Origin: Octopus sinensis
Taxonomy: Eukaryota
DNA: 64,000 nucleotides
Direction of reading: 5' to 3'
Assembly (NCBI RefSeq): GCF_006345805.1
Contig: NC_042999.1
Coordinates: 21,824,001 to 21,888,000 of the forward strand
Shown here: positions 1-14,368 of the stretch, one piece after another
Layout of the letters: every line of letters begins with the position of its first letter
Numbering within the stretch: the stretch's first letter is position 1
Made by a program: the position numbers and the translations under genes
Notes under the pieces: model-generated
What the model was told of the DNA's origin: nothing
Database searches by the model: none
The model's input: the letters and a program-made list of their open reading frames with translations, nothing else

Positions 1-324
1 GATAGATAGATAGATAATTATAGATAATAGATAGATAGATGGGCAGCAAACCAGTAATTCATTGGATATTTTTTGTCCTTCAATGAGATTAATTTAACCT
101 CTATTTAAATTTATATATATATATACATATATGTATATATATGTATATATATATAATGAAAATATGCAATAATGCATTACCCCAAGGATATCCTTGTTGG
201 TTATTTTAATTATGATCACCCTATTTTGAATTATATGGATAATACAATACTAAATTCTGATGCTTTTAACTTAAGTGCCATATTCATCTGAATCTCATTT
301 TACTGAACTGAGATATGTATGTAT

Positions 325-364
<40 letters not shown>

Positions 365-371
<7 letters not shown>

Positions 372-661
372 AATTAATTAAGGGTAGAAATTGATATTTA
401 TCAATTAAGACCAGTGGTCTAGCATATTAAAAAAGAATCCGAAGATTAAAATATTTATATATACCAATTAAGGACTGAACACGAAAAGTGGACAGTCAAC
501 ATGCTAGATATAGACGTCAAATCGCCATTCACCACAAAAGATTATGTTCTCAGATCAAACTCAAGAGTTTGATCTGAGAACATAATCTTTTGTGGTGAAT
601 GGCGATTTGACGTCTATATCTAGCATGTTGACTGTCCACTTTTCGTGTTCAGTCCTTAATT

Positions 662-671
<10 letters not shown>
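365..671 (-). mobile_element. PLE-type inverted-repeat plus tail cassette in (AT)n
   Basis: Perfect palindrome 456-671 (107-bp arms, 2-nt AA centre) plus tail 365-455, with (AT)n on both sides. Confidence 0.7.
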
Positions 672-712
<41 letters not shown>

Positions 713-1210
713 AGGGTTGAACGCAAATAACTCAAGGGGAAAACGTTAGACGAAAGTAGACCGAACGGGAAGCCACACAAAAACTTAACGCACTGGAAAT
801 TTAGACAAAGTCACGATGCACGGAATATTGGCAGCGGAGTTTTCCTCGTCGATTAATGACCTAAAATATCATAGTGATATCATGCCATTACCATTGAGAC
901 CACTCAGTCTTGGAGGCGCCAGTGACGTTATGCTACTGCGAAAAAGCTAGTGAATGTATACTAAGAGAGAAACAAACAATACATAGAAATACAAGAGGCA
1001 AAGAACTATGCATGCATAAGAGCAAGGAGCCTTGCGGCTATAAAGAATAGGAGAAAATAATTATACATATACCACAAATACAAGAGAAAGAGCTTTGCAG
1101 CTATCGAACGAACTTAGTGGGATTGCACAAAAGTGAAAGGGAGTAAATCCTAGTGGACGTAGCAGAAGCCCAGACAAGCATGACCAGTCTGGTCAAAAGC
1201 GGGGTGTACT

Positions 1211-1530
1211 TGGCGCAGTGATTACGACATTGGACTCAGTCATGAGGTAGTGACTTCGTTTCCCGGACCGTCCTGTGTTGTGTTTTTGGGCAAGACACTT
1301 TATTTCACGTTGCACCAGTTCATTCAGCTGAACAAATGAGTTGCGACTTCACTGGTGCCAAGCTATATTGGCCTTTCCCTTTCTCTTGGATAACATCGGT
1401 GTCGTAGAGTGGAGAGGTTGGTATGGATGGGCGACTGCTGGTCTTCCATAAACAAACTTCCCAGACTGGTGCTTCGGAGGGTAATTTTCTAGGTGCAATC
1501 CCATGGTCATTCATGAGTGTAGGGGATCTT
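1211..1530 (+). mobile_element. tRNA-derived SINE (group S4), degenerate
   Basis: A/B-box head, body GCAAGACACTTTATTTCACGTTGC; tail matches minus-strand copies at 51540 and 57769. Confidence 0.85.
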
Positions 1531-1826
1531 TACACTTTTATATATACATATATGTGTGTGTGTACAGGTGTGTGTGCATGTGTGTGTATGTATGTACACA
1601 CACACGCAGATATATATATATATATTGTTTTATTTATATTTCCTGAGCGCCATACTAATACAATTGTTCGTTTGTTTTCCACCTGCCTTCGTCTTTTGCC
1701 TATTTTCATAAAGCTTCCCGTCATATATGTACATATATATATATATATATAGTTGAAATTTACAGAAAAACAAAAGACAAAGAACAACGAGCAAGCGTAT
1801 TAGTTTGTTGCTCGAGAAAGGGCGAG

Positions 1827-1863
1827 TCTTTTATGTTTCGAGCCTACGCTCTTCAACAGAAAG
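1827..1863 (-). ncRNA. Minimal hammerhead-like motif, family B (CUGUUGA core)
   Basis: Minus strand CTTT CTGTTGA A GAGC-GTAG-GCTC GAAA CATA AAAGA; same family at 56621 and 57441. Confidence 0.6.
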
Positions 1864-1976
1864 GAATAATAGAAAATAAACAGAGAGAGAATAAAAATCC
1901 TTGTGCATTTAGAGATATATGTACGCACATACACACGCACACACACACACATATCTATATATGTATGTACACACAT

Positions 1977-2026
<50 letters not shown>

Positions 2027-2036
2027 TTATGTATGC

Positions 2037-2081
<45 letters not shown>

Positions 2082-2811
2082 TGTGTGTACGTCTGATAAA
2101 ACATAAATGGCAAACACACCAGCCGAAGGTCCAGATCAAACTGGTTTGTGAACCTCAAGAACCAGATTAATTCATCATATGTTAAATGTGTGAGACTGGC
2201 ACCGAAAAGACTCGAATGGAGATTCTTTATATTCATCCTGCTGAGAGCAGATGACACCTAATGATGGTGATGAAAATAAATTGCCAAAAAGTGCTATCGA
2301 TTCACACACATACAAAAAAAATTATCCACGTCGGAGTTTCTAAGTGTCATTGGAAACGTTAGATGTAGCAGTTAAATTTTCCTCTAATCTTTAACAAATA
2401 TCTTTAACAAATGGAAGCTCACATCGAGTATCATAGTGCAAGATAGTCAATAAATAAAAAATTATCAGACTGGATGTCTTTCGTAGTAGGTATCTTCAAT
2501 TAAGGTGAATTGGGCACGAAACAGTAAACACAATACAAAGTGGTGTGCCTTCAGGCATTACTCTTTTGGCCAGAGTTACAGTTTCTGAAACAAAAATTAT
2601 ATTATTGTCTTTGAAATCTTAGGGAATATACGAACAACATTCCAATGATCCGGATGTAAATATAATATAGAGAATATGTTTATTCTTTCAGGCTATTTTA
2701 ACTCTGGTTATACATATATGCAGGATTGGCTTAGCTGTTACATTTCTAGTCCAAGGACAGCTCTACCAGGTCTGACCTGGGGCTAATATTTATTCATTCG
2801 GTAAATATGAT

Positions 2812-3030
2812 AGGTGAGCTGGGCGAAATGCTTATCAGTATTTCGTCTGCCTTTACGTTCTGAGTTCAAATTCCGCCGCGGTTGACTTTGCCTGTCATCT
2901 TTCGGGGTCGATAAATTAAGTACCAGTAACGCACTGGGGTCGATGTAATCGGCTTAATCCTTTTGTCTGTCCTTGTTTGTCCCCTCAGTGTTTAGCCCCT
3001 TGTAGGTAGTAAAGAAATAGGTAAATATAT
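2812..3030 (+). mobile_element. tRNA-derived SINE (group S1)
   Basis: GAGTTCAAATTCCGCC..GACTTTGCC..TTTCGGGGTCGATAAATTAAGTACCAG body; many copies in the window. Confidence 0.9.
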
Positions 3031-5209
3031 TAGGTGGCATAGCATAAATGGAACAGGGTGGATAAGAGACAGACAGATGAGCGACAAAAATAGAATAAAA
3101 TGAGTATGGGCGCGATATAATCAACAAAAAATCTTTAGTAGCTGTGAGGCAATATCTCCGAATTTAATGATTTAAACGAAGAAAATGGTAAATATTTTTA
3201 ACGTAGCAAGCGTATTATAGACGTTTGCTGTTTGCGTATATCCCTTTTCACTTGAGGATTTTAACTCATTTCCATAGACCAACGTGAAAAGCCATCAACT
3301 TTCAAAGATGAAAAACATCATAGTGTGATAATTCACTAAAGGTTAGAATTGAACACATGTCGATAACTTGATGGTGTTTCGCATTCGCACAAGAGCAAAC
3401 ATTTCTATTCAGACATATTATAGATTTAATAACCCCGCCCACAGTGAGTGTGAGGTAATTTATGGTCGCGACAAGGTGAAAGATAATGTGAATCTAGACT
3501 TGATAGGATTTGAACTACGGATAGGCTGACATATAACTAAATCACATCACAAGGCATTATTTTTTTGCTTGTCCATGAGTTTTGTCTTTCCACCACCCTT
3601 ATGTCGAACCGCTAGCTCAACAATTTTTCAGTTCTCCTTTAGCCTATCTAATTCATCATCTGTGTCCCGAATATTATTGTGAAAACTTTTTATTCTCATA
3701 ATTAATTGATTATATAATGAATATAATTTTAGTTTGTATATTTGTTTTTATGTTATTCGTTGTGACTTTTCCAAAACAAAAAGTATTTTGGTTGATTGCC
3801 ATTAATGAAAGAAATGTTGCTTCCGGTTTGGCAACACTGTTTATTTTGTTATGTCCGACAATTACTAAATTCAAGATATTGTAATCATAAGAGAAATTTG
3901 TAGAGAGAGGAAATTTACAAAAAGACGGACATGAATCAATTTGCTATCATTTTCTTTCATTTGACACAAAGATCTTGTAACATTGCGTGTATACAGTCAA
4001 ACCAAAAACATTAAATTATTATTTTCTCGCCTACTTCTTAGGAAGGAAAAGTATTTAAAGAAAAAAAGATTATTCAGATTAACGTTTCACCAAAAACTTC
4101 CACTCGTGTTTATCATAATATGATATGATTGCTGAAATACTTCTTTAAATAATCGATATGGAAATGATAGCAAACGAAAATTACTTTATAATACATCAAT
4201 TTATCCTTCGCATATTCAATTCTAAAAATGTAATTCACTTCACTGAAACGCTTCACAATTGTAAGGAAAGCAAGATTTGATTTTCTTCATATTTATATGT
4301 GCAACTTTGTGGTCTTTGATATCGTATTCCCTACACACATTATTATAGGAAATAATTGGAAAGCAATGTTTGGGGCAGGCAACTGAAAGAAATAACACTT
4401 TTTTTTTCCTAAGATGTTATAAGATTTTGAACTTAGAATTTCATTTCCCTGTACCTAAAGATCTGTTAATGGCTGAGAATGATTCTTTACAGTTATGTTC
4501 TCTCATGTAGTACGTGTAATGTAGTGTAAGGAAGAAAAATAACATCTGCGCTATCCAATTGAGTATGAACGTTTGTAGAGATCTAAGTTTTAGAGCTAAA
4601 ATAAATTACATATCTACTACTGCAAAGGAATAAAGGCTTGAAAAATATGCTTATCTCAGTTGTACACCAACAAAATTAAATTCTGTAGGGTATGTATATT
4701 TCCCAAAAATATATAGATAATAAAATAGAATATATTAATTCTACTATATGTTATGCTGCAAAATAAATTATAAAGTTACTTCCTTTTATTACTTAAGATT
4801 ATAAGACGTATAGATTTTGGAAATGTTATAAAACTTATTTTCAATGAAATCTGATACTAACAATTCAAAATACTCAGAATATCTTTCGAAATAATTATTG
4901 GCACTTGCATAATCCTTAAACAAGTCTCAACAATCGTTCGACACCTGTCTAAGTCTAATATGTTTGCGTGTGCTCTAGAAATGCTACTATTATTTAACCT
5001 TATGAGTTTCGTATGCTGGGGAGTGACTACTAGTTGTGATGGTAGGTCTCTGGAGTAAAACAGATTGTTGTATTAAGTTTAGGTCACCGTTCAAATTTTA
5101 CCTATGGCGATATCGGTTTTCTTTTTCTCTGCTGGGTTAATAAAATAAGCAAACCTATTACGACCCTTTTCCCCAAAATAAGGATATATTATTAGAGACT
5201 ACGTACTCT

Positions 5210-5654
5210 AGCATCTCGGAAGAGTCCAGAAGCTGGCTACCCGCATGGTTCTTGGTCTCAAGCATTTGTCTTATTAAGAAAGGCTGAAGACGCTCGACCT
5301 TTATTCTCTAGAAAAACGACGTCACAACATCATAAGCGGAAAGTGTAACCTCTCGAAAGACCTGTTCTTCACTCATGCTCCAGAGCGTCGGCTGCGGGGT
5401 CACTCCGAAAAGCTCTATCTGCGACGATTTCATCTCAATCGAAGGAGAAGGGCTTTCTCCATCCGGGTTGCGGATCCGTGGAATAAGCTACCGGACAAGA
5501 TAGTGAAGATGCCGACGACCGCTCGGTTCAAAGTCTCCCTTGACCACCAGTGGCCTGAATTATTTACATGAACACCACCTTGTACATAACTCCATGTCCC
5601 CCTACATGGCCTTGCTTTTTGCTTTTTGAGCCTAAAAATTAACTAACAAACTAA
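5210..5654 (+). mobile_element. CR1-clade LINE 3' fragment
   Basis: Translates RVQKLATRMVLGLKHLSY*ERLKTLDLYSLEKRR and LRGHSEKLY..AFSIRVADPWNKLP..FKVSLD; ends in an (AACT)-type tail. Confidence 0.88.
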
Positions 5655-5715
5655 GGATGCACCACACACGTATAGGCACACAAGCAGTTATCTAGACTAG
5701 GGTGATACGTATATG

Positions 5716-5761
<46 letters not shown>

Positions 5762-5764
<3 letters not shown>

Positions 5765-6048
5765 AGGCGCAATGACCCAGACATTAGGGCAGCGGACTCG
5801 CGGTTTCGATTCCCAGACCGGGCGTTGTGTGTGTTTATTGAGCGAAAACACCTAAAGCTTCACAAGGCGCCGGCAGCGGGTTGTAGCGACCCTTGTTGTA
5901 CTCTTTCGCCACAACTTTTTCTCAATCTCTCTTCCTTGTTTTTTGAGTAACGCTACGATGGACTGGCGTCCCGTCCAGCTGGGGGAGCACATACGACACA
6001 GAAAGCGGGAAACAGGGCCCATGAGCCTAGCTAGGCTTGAAAAGGGCG
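5762..6048 (+). mobile_element. tRNA-derived SINE (group S3)
   Basis: Head GGAGGCGCAATG..TTAGGGCAGCGGACTCGCGG..TTCGATTCC; near-identical organisation at 54527. Confidence 0.9.
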
Positions 6049-6252
6049 ACGTTATATATATATATTTTTTTGTTGTCCGAAAAAAGTTCGTTTTCCATGT
6101 TTTTCTTGTTTTTTATATTCTCGTTTTTCACTTTGTTAACGTTTTTGTGACGTCCTTTACCCATATATACATGCATATATACATATATATATATTTATTA
6201 TTATATTATTAAATGATCGAAGCCACGCATCCATTTCCCAGTAAGCATATAT

Positions 6253-6304
<52 letters not shown>

Positions 6305-6305
<1 letters not shown>

Positions 6306-6522
6306 GAGGTGATGCTGAACAGTTACTGGCTTTGGGTAAAAAAAATACATAAGTATCAGTTAAGTATGAATTTATTCACCATGTTCCTCTCTCTCTGGTT
6401 CACACACTTATTGCAGCGGTCCTTCAGTTTTTCTGATCCCTTTAAAATAACTCGGAATGTTGGGCCTCTCACCAGGCGTTTCGAGACACTCTTAGAGCCA
6501 GGAACCTTTCCCCAACCCCTTG
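6305..6522. mobile_element. Mariner-type MITE, degenerate
   Basis: Imperfect TIRs CGAGGTGATGCTGAACAGTTACTGGCT / AGCCAGGAACCTTTCCCCAACCCCTTG followed by TA. Confidence 0.55.
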
Positions 6523-7242
6523 TATATGTGTGTATGCGTATGTATGTATACATGCATGTATGTATGTGTATACGTATGTGAGTGTGTGTGCGCTGTATAT
6601 GTATATATATATATATATATAAACATGATGTATATGATTGAATTTTATGAATGTGTGAGTGCACGTATATATAATTATTAAGTCAAGTTACAAAAACAGA
6701 GAAAATCAACTCAAACATTCTCTGACAAGCATATATACTGACTTATATTGATAGATCAATTTTCGACTTTAGCATTCAGTTCTTTAATTTTTATTTACTT
6801 ATTTTTCTCCTTTTAAATAGATGAAGCATCATTATGATTTTAGAACACGCTTTTCTATCATTTAGCCCTATCATTTTACTTATTACGTTAACATCTTTTT
6901 GTTTCCATAAATATGTAAACGTGTTTTTGTTTGTTATTCGTTATTTCTTTCTCTTCTCCCGTGTCATAACGTAAGCGATATATAATAAAATACACCATAA
7001 AATAAACTAAGCATATTGATTCAATATCAATAAAGAAAATGTTAGTTTCTAGGTGATAGATTGTACTTAGAAAAAATTGAGACACTCCGTAAGGCCCCAT
7101 TAATCACCAAAAATACAAAAACTGTTTTGGTGCAGCTATTGAATTTTGTCAAAGTAAAGATAATGTTTTTGTTATTTTTGATGGTATTAGGAGGTGCTGT
7201 TAGGAGATACTTCAAGTCGCCAATTCAGTCTTTACAAAATTA

Positions 7243-7858
7243 ATATATATATATATATATATATAATATATATATATATAGTTATATATAATATATAGTT
7301 ATATATATATATATAGTATATATATATATATATATATATATGTAGTTATATTTATATATATATATATATAGTATATATATATATATTATATGTAGTTATA
7401 TATTTATATAGATATATATATATATATAGTAGTTATATATTTATATATATATATATATATAGTAGTTATATATTTATATTATATATATAATATTATATAT
7501 ATATATATTATATATATATATTTATATATATATTTATATATTATATTATATATATATATAGTTATATATTATATATATTATATATATATATATAATATAT
7601 AGTATATATTTATATATATATATATATATAGTATATATTTATATATATTATATATATATATATGTAGTATATATTTATATATATATATATATATGTAGTT
7701 ATATATTATATATATATAGTTATATATAATATATATATATATATATATAGATATATATATATAATATATAGTTATATATTTATATATATATATATATATT
7801 ATATATATATAGTTATATATTATATATAATATATATATTATATATATATATAGTTATG

Positions 7859-7893
<35 letters not shown>

Positions 7894-7934
7894 CTATATA
7901 TTTACATATATATATATATATATATATAGTTATA

Positions 7935-7993
<59 letters not shown>

Positions 7994-8010
7994 ATATATA
8001 TATATATATA
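7243..8010. repeat. Long interrupted (AT)n array
   Basis: About 770 bp of AT repeat with recurrent GTTA/GTAGTTATATATTTA interruptions. Confidence 0.95.
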
Positions 8011-10359
8011 CAATAGCCGATCGATAATAAGCTAATAGATATTTTTACTTCAATAACTTATGGGACATGTCTTGTATACACATTTAGATATTAAATGTAG
8101 GAGAAAAAAAAAGACAAAAATCACATTTTATGAGACATAAACCCTACAGAGTTGAGAGTTCGAACGCCTGTAAAACTGTGATTCTTACTGTTTAATTTCT
8201 TTATGTGTGTTTGTGTGTGTCTGTTTAGTGATTTTATTTTAAATATAAGTAGTAAAATTCACCACGTTCCCCACAAAATAATAGTCGAACAAAAACAAAT
8301 ATTTGAGATTTTTACGTTTAAATCATTCTAGCAATAATGAAGATTTATAGATTATTGACTTTCTGTTCGATTGCAGCCAAAAGTTGATCGCTTCCCAGGT
8401 TCAAAGAACTACCGACCCTCCCTAAATACATCAAACCAATAAGGAACATCAATAAATACATAGAAAAAATGGAAGAATAATGACTTTGATATTGCAAACA
8501 AGGCCGCAAATTTTTGATGTTGCGTGGAATCAATGGCAGTTTAGTGCTTTACCACTCATTTATATTAACTCTCTCTCTCCCCCACTCTCCCTCTGTCACT
8601 CACTCTCCCACACATACATAACCTATGTATATATATATATATGCACACAGACACACGCGTGTGTATGTGTGTATGTTTGTGTGTACGAGTGTGTATGTAT
8701 ATTAACGGTTATGTTTTATATATAGGCGATTATACTTAACATTGAAACAGTAACTGTAAAAGCAATGAAATCCTACATATAAAGTATAAATATATTTTTT
8801 TCAAGGAAAATTTAAAAGAGGGTGGCCACCGAATAAAATTTAAAATAACTGCTATCAAATATTACTTCTAAATACATTTGTGGGTGTAAGTGTATATCTG
8901 TGTGAGTGTGGGAGGGACGTGTGTTATACAGCAGCTCCGTGTCGCTAGGAATACGGTGTTCAGTACAAGCTTGCATGTAATAGCTCTGGAACTGTTAGTA
9001 ACTAATCGAGTCGCTGTTCTGCGACGATAATTTTAATACCACATGAAATAAATTTAAAGCGAATTTTAATTTTGTGAATTATTAAACGACCAGAATGTTT
9101 TTTTTCTTCTTTTGTTTTTTTCACCATGTAATTGCTACAGTTTCAACACTATGTCACAAACCAACTAATTTTGCTGGAAAAGCATAACTCTGAAATTATC
9201 GATTTCAAATTTTGGTACGAGGTCAACAATTTCGGGAGAAGTGGTAAATCGATTACATCAACACTTGTTCCCAACAGGGACTTATTTTATCGACTGCGAA
9301 ATGATAAAATGTAAAGTCGACCTCAGCCGAATTAGAACTCAGAACGTAAAGACGAATCAAAAACCGCTAAGCATTTTGCCCGGCGTACTAACGATTCTGC
9401 CAGCTCACCGCAAAAGAGACCGATAGAATAAATACTAGGCTTTCAAAGAATAAGTCCTGGGGTCGATTTGCTCGACCAAAGGCGGTGCTCCAGCATGGCC
9501 GCAGTCAAATGACTGAAAGAAGTAAAAGAGTAAAATAGTATATGTATATATATATATGCACATACCTACATATATATGTATATATGCATGTATATATGGG
9601 TAAAGGACGTCAAAAAAACGTGAACTAAATGAAAAACGAGAACATAAAAAACAACAAAAACATGGAAAGTGAACTTTTTCGGACATCCATAGAAACAAAT
9701 ATAGAAACGAGACAGGCAACATAAAGAACAATCCCTTCAGCGGTTTTCCCCTTTTTTATCTACTCCGCGTTTTCGAAGGTTAGGACAAGACGCGACTTCG
9801 TTAAAACAGTCCTTCCCGCAAAACAAATTAATAAAATTGATCATGTTTTTCTATTTCCACACCCTACATCCAATTTATTTTAATTTCAAAACATTTATGA
9901 ATTGTACCATTTCTTGTCAAGTGGTGTTTTCGTTACAAGTTGGCGAAATATCTATCTGAGTACAGGTTTGTTTCGAACCTTGGCGGCTACATCTGGACGC
10001 TTTTCATTGGTCTGTTTCTTCTTTCTGGTCATGGACGATTCAGGTGACTGTTGCCAAGTAGTGTCACATACATTGTTCGATATATGTTTATACCACGTCA
10101 ATATATTTTTATATTACTCGATGGAAAAACCTGCTAAGTTCATCACGAATTACAGTAGCCAGTCAGGCACTCATAAACGCTTTCAGACTTACAAACATAT
10201 GTAAAGACCCTGGCATTGATAAAATTCTTAAGTTGTGACTGAAGTACATAACCAGTGCCTAGAATGTGTAACAGCAGTAATCATGGAACTGGTAACATGG
10301 TCAGTATCAATACCTGAATAGCTGCTCAGAAGTAAAAACATTTTAAATTTCAGTAGAAA

Positions 10360-10900
10360 ACGCTAAGACTGATCTATAGTTTGTTTTGCAACAACATAAA
10401 CAGCCCTAACATGTGTAATTTTTAACGGTCTAGCTGCTAATTCGGAAACCAAATAATACCTTCGAGAAGGATGCCATGTAAAATTATGTATGGCTGTAAA
10501 GAGTATCCATTGGAAAACAGAGTAATTATAAACGATAATAAATAGAAGGCAACGTGCTTAGTATGGCATCGAGTGGTTATCGAAAAGCGTTTGATAAAAT
10601 ACCATAATATCGAATATGGAAAATATCCCACCTATGTAAGGCGGTACCAATTTTAGCATGGTATATCATCCATGCAGTGCCAAAGTATGTAGTGATGATA
10701 CATGCAGAAGCCAAGCGAATCCACTGAAAACCAACATTATGACCATTGAGAACAGAAGCCAATCAAGGAGACTCTAATTATTTCTTCTCTACATACCTCA
10801 AGCTGTATTAACACTTTTAAAGAATGATGCGCCTATGGCTACAAGTGTTTTAGATAAATTATATGGCATCTTGAACAAAGTCTATTTTCAATGCACACTA
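10360..10900 (+). mobile_element. R4/Dong-clade LINE RT fragment, decayed
   Basis: Frameshifted motifs YGCKEYPL.NRVII, YRKAFDKIP..IW, QGDS, YGYK. Confidence 0.6.
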
Positions 10901-11013
10901 CTGAGGTTGAATAAGTGACAGATTGAGTAATACAAACAACATGATATAGACAGCGAAATCAGACTGTAATTGAACCCCCTATATACAACTGTATGTATGA
11001 CGGCGCATATGAT

Positions 11014-11099
<86 letters not shown>

Positions 11100-11703
11100 A
11101 GTATGTCGGTATATATATATATATATATATATATAAATATATTATTTCTAATTCTCTCTAATTCGGAAACCAAATAATACCCTCGAGAAGGATGCCATGT
11201 AAAATTATGTATGGCTGTAAAAAGTATCCATTGGAGAACCTAGTAATTATAAACGATAATAAATAGAAGGCAACGTACTGGAAATTAATAGTTATTGCCA
11301 AGTTAACATGACAGTCCAGAAAAATAGAACGAATGGTGCCTTTGATTAGCTCCAAGAGGCCATCGCCTCTAGCTAGTTATGTAACACACGAACCTGTGTC
11401 CATTATAACCTTCGAACAGGGGAAGTCAGCCGCTTCCCCTTGCTGGTCTGCCATCTACAGATTAGATTCAGGGTATTTGCCCCTTATCAGATAACGGGCA
11501 AATACCCTGAAACTAGTCTTATCTGATAAGGCCTCGCTTCTGAAGACAGTATCTACTTCCCAGTCCTCAAAGCGAGCTCCTTGCTTGCGTCTGTTCCATT
11601 TACTGTGTGCCTAGGTATAGTATTTCTCTCTACGATAATCAAGAAGATAACAGGCAATCATAAGTTGTCTGGAACAGTTTATTTTAACGAGATACCTCTT
11701 GAA

Positions 11704-11819
11704 ATCACTTGATGAGAAACATGTACACTGAGGGATACAGCCAAACCAGCTATGCCCAGTTATGCAGTATCCCACCTGCGAGGAATCAATATCAGATGGG
11801 TCGAAACGATTGTAGTGAT
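11704..11819 (+). ncRNA. Hammerhead-like motif with about 87-nt extended stem II
   Basis: Stem I ATCAC/GTGAT, core TTGATGA 11709-15, GAAA 11803-06, stem III AC-GATT-GT, GUA triplet; internal GGGATAC/GTATCCC helix; AATAAA immediately 3'. Confidence 0.6.
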
Positions 11820-11945
11820 CAATAAAGGTTCTTATATCTTTCTTCTTCAGTCTCTCTCATTGAGTACATACCCAACGAACACGAAGTCAGTGAACGTGCT
11901 CTACCGACAATTTACCACGTGTATACAATTCGATTTATTAACTAC

Positions 11946-11984
<39 letters not shown>

Positions 11985-12599
11985 ATACATATACGTATAT
12001 ATATATATATATATATATATGTATTTTTACACATTCAGGAGTAGTGAATCTGTATAGATACAACCCATAAAAGAGAAAAAACGTTAGAAAAAATATCAAT
12101 ACAGAAGAGTCACATAAATATCGAAACTTAAATTTAATATTTTGTTACAAATAAGGTGGCATATATACAATAGCCAACTGTCTTATAAAGTCCATAATAT
12201 ACCGGAAGTTAGGTTAGTTTAAAACGTTAATCAAAAACGCCAGTTAACTACTAAAAGTGTCCGAAAGGTGATATAGTTTAGTATATGCATATCTGTAGAA
12301 ATGTAGACAAGCTACGCTACCGATACATGTAGAAAACAACAAAACAGTAACAACAGTGGGACTGGAAACATATTTAGAAGTTAAGGTAATAGGAAACTGT
12401 CTATTATGATGTGATAACAAGAAAACATTCTCTTCTCTCTATAACGCAAAACAGTGATGTAACTTGAAGCGAACTCCTAAGGAAAACGATTTATATAAAA
12501 ACAAATCAGCAGAAAATATTTTAAAACATGGAGAGAAAACCTGTATCATTGCCAATCCCCTACAATAGTCGACAAACAAGTAGTGATCTAGAGGGAAAG

Positions 12600-13600
12600 C
12601 CGATAAAAGAATTCTAATATTTGCCATACAGGGTTTATTTGTTTTATTTTGCAATTTCTGTTTCTTAACATTGTTTGACCTCCATTTTATCTTTTAGATG
12701 TTTCGCGATTTCAGTTGTTTGTGTTTGTCATTTTGCTTCATGTCTTCATGACTATCTGTAATTGCAGCATCTGTTTTTGTATTTCTTGGCATGTCTAAAG
12801 ATAGAAAACTCTTTCTTTCTTCGTTACTTATTTGTTGTTGTTTTTTTTTTATTTTTTACGTAGCAATGGTTCCCTACCAGATATATTTGTAGTTCTGTGA
12901 TGAATATTTTGAAATAGTTTTCTAGTTGAATAAGGCCGTCACTACCTCGTATTCGTGATAAACCTAATATTTCTATATCATGTATAAAACTGTGTCTTTC
13001 TAAACGCAGTCGATATTTTCCTTGTTTTCCTGCCCACTTTTCTTAGCTTGTTCTGTGGTTCAATTGAAAACTTTATAAGTGCTATTTAATACTGGAACAT
13101 CTAAAGTATTGATGCCTATTACCCTATTTTAGCTCTGTTTTAACTATTTATCTAATGCGTCTTCAAAAGTCCTTCGTCGCCACTTATATGCATTGCGCAT
13201 TGCTCTTTCATTAATTCCTGAGTATTTGGGTTTTTGTGTTTGGTATAATTTTCTTATCTCAGTCCTTTTATCTAACACAAAATTAATGTTCTTAATTAAT
13301 TTTACTTTCTTCGAGTTCACCTTGGTACACTTTTCTATGGCGAATCATATATCGATTTACTTGTTAACTCTACGTACTGTCTCTAGTAGTAATTCTATTT
13401 GTTTATCATATAGAACAAACTTGAGCTTATCCATATAAAGAATATGGTTGATTGTTCTACCGTAGCATTTGTATCTAGTTCCATCCTTGTTTAACATTAA
13501 CCCTTATAAAAAATGGGGGATTGAAAAGAGGGAATCCACTTATAATATAAATGGAGCCAGGTTTAGTAACCATAATTCTTTTCTTCTATAATGAAAAAAC
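12600..13600 (-). mobile_element. R4/Dong-clade LINE RT fragment, decayed
   Basis: Minus-strand motifs NHILYMDKLKF (cf. HLLYMDDLKL), NRVIGINTLDVPVL, RIRGSDGLIQLENY, LYGKY. Confidence 0.75.
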
Positions 13601-14036
13601 TGTTTGACTTATAAGTTTCTTGTTTTTCTGTTACTAATGCTAACTTTCATGCGACCATTATTTTCAAAAGCTTTCTAGTAGTAAATCCATGAACATTTGC
13701 AGCATTCTCTTGCTCTTTTCTTAAAAAGAGATTATTTTATCTAATAGTATGATGCTATTAACGTTAATGCTTCGTTGATTGCAGGAATACACATAATAGT
13801 CGTGTCATTTTCACGAAAGTCTGTGATTTCTGCAGCTTCGAAAATTAAGCTGGTGTTTCTGTTTACTGCGTCAATTAGGTGTTGTCTCTGATTCAGTCAG
13901 CTTTATTTCTTAGTATTGTTTAACCTCTGTGCTAGCACCATATGTGTCCACGTTAAATGTTTTGTCCAAACGTCAGAACCCCAGTGGTGTATTCGTTTCT
14001 ATATTTCTAGCATCTCCGATACTTCTGTTATGGACA

Positions 14037-14368
14037 CCCACAGTGGATAACTGGTACTTAATGTATCAACCCCGAAAGGATGAAAGGCAAAGTCGACCGC
14101 GGAGGAATTTGAACTCAGGAAGAAATGACAGACGAAATACCTATTGCTTTACTACCAACAAGGGGCTAAACACAGAGAAGACAAACAAGGACAGACAAAC
14201 GGATTAAGTCGATGATATCGACCTCAGTGCGTAACTGGTACTTAATTTATCGACCCCAAAAGGATGAAAGACAAAGTCGACCTCGGCGGAATTTGAACTC
14301 AGAACGTAACGGAAGACGAAATACCGCTAAGCATTTCGCCCGGATTGCTAACGGTTCTGCCAGCTCAT
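14037..14368 (-). mobile_element. S1 SINE (dimeric) flanked by an 88-bp direct duplication
   Basis: S1 body twice; 13949-14036 repeated at 14369-14456. Confidence 0.85.

Noticed and set aside
1423-2257. ORFs rich in YI/HT/CV dipeptides (here and throughout)
   Set aside because: They are translations of (AT)n, (AC)n and (GATA)n microsatellites.
9597-9850. Hammerhead in the repeat shared with 6065-6165
   Set aside because: CTGAAGG and GAAA-like words on the minus strand do not give consistent stems.
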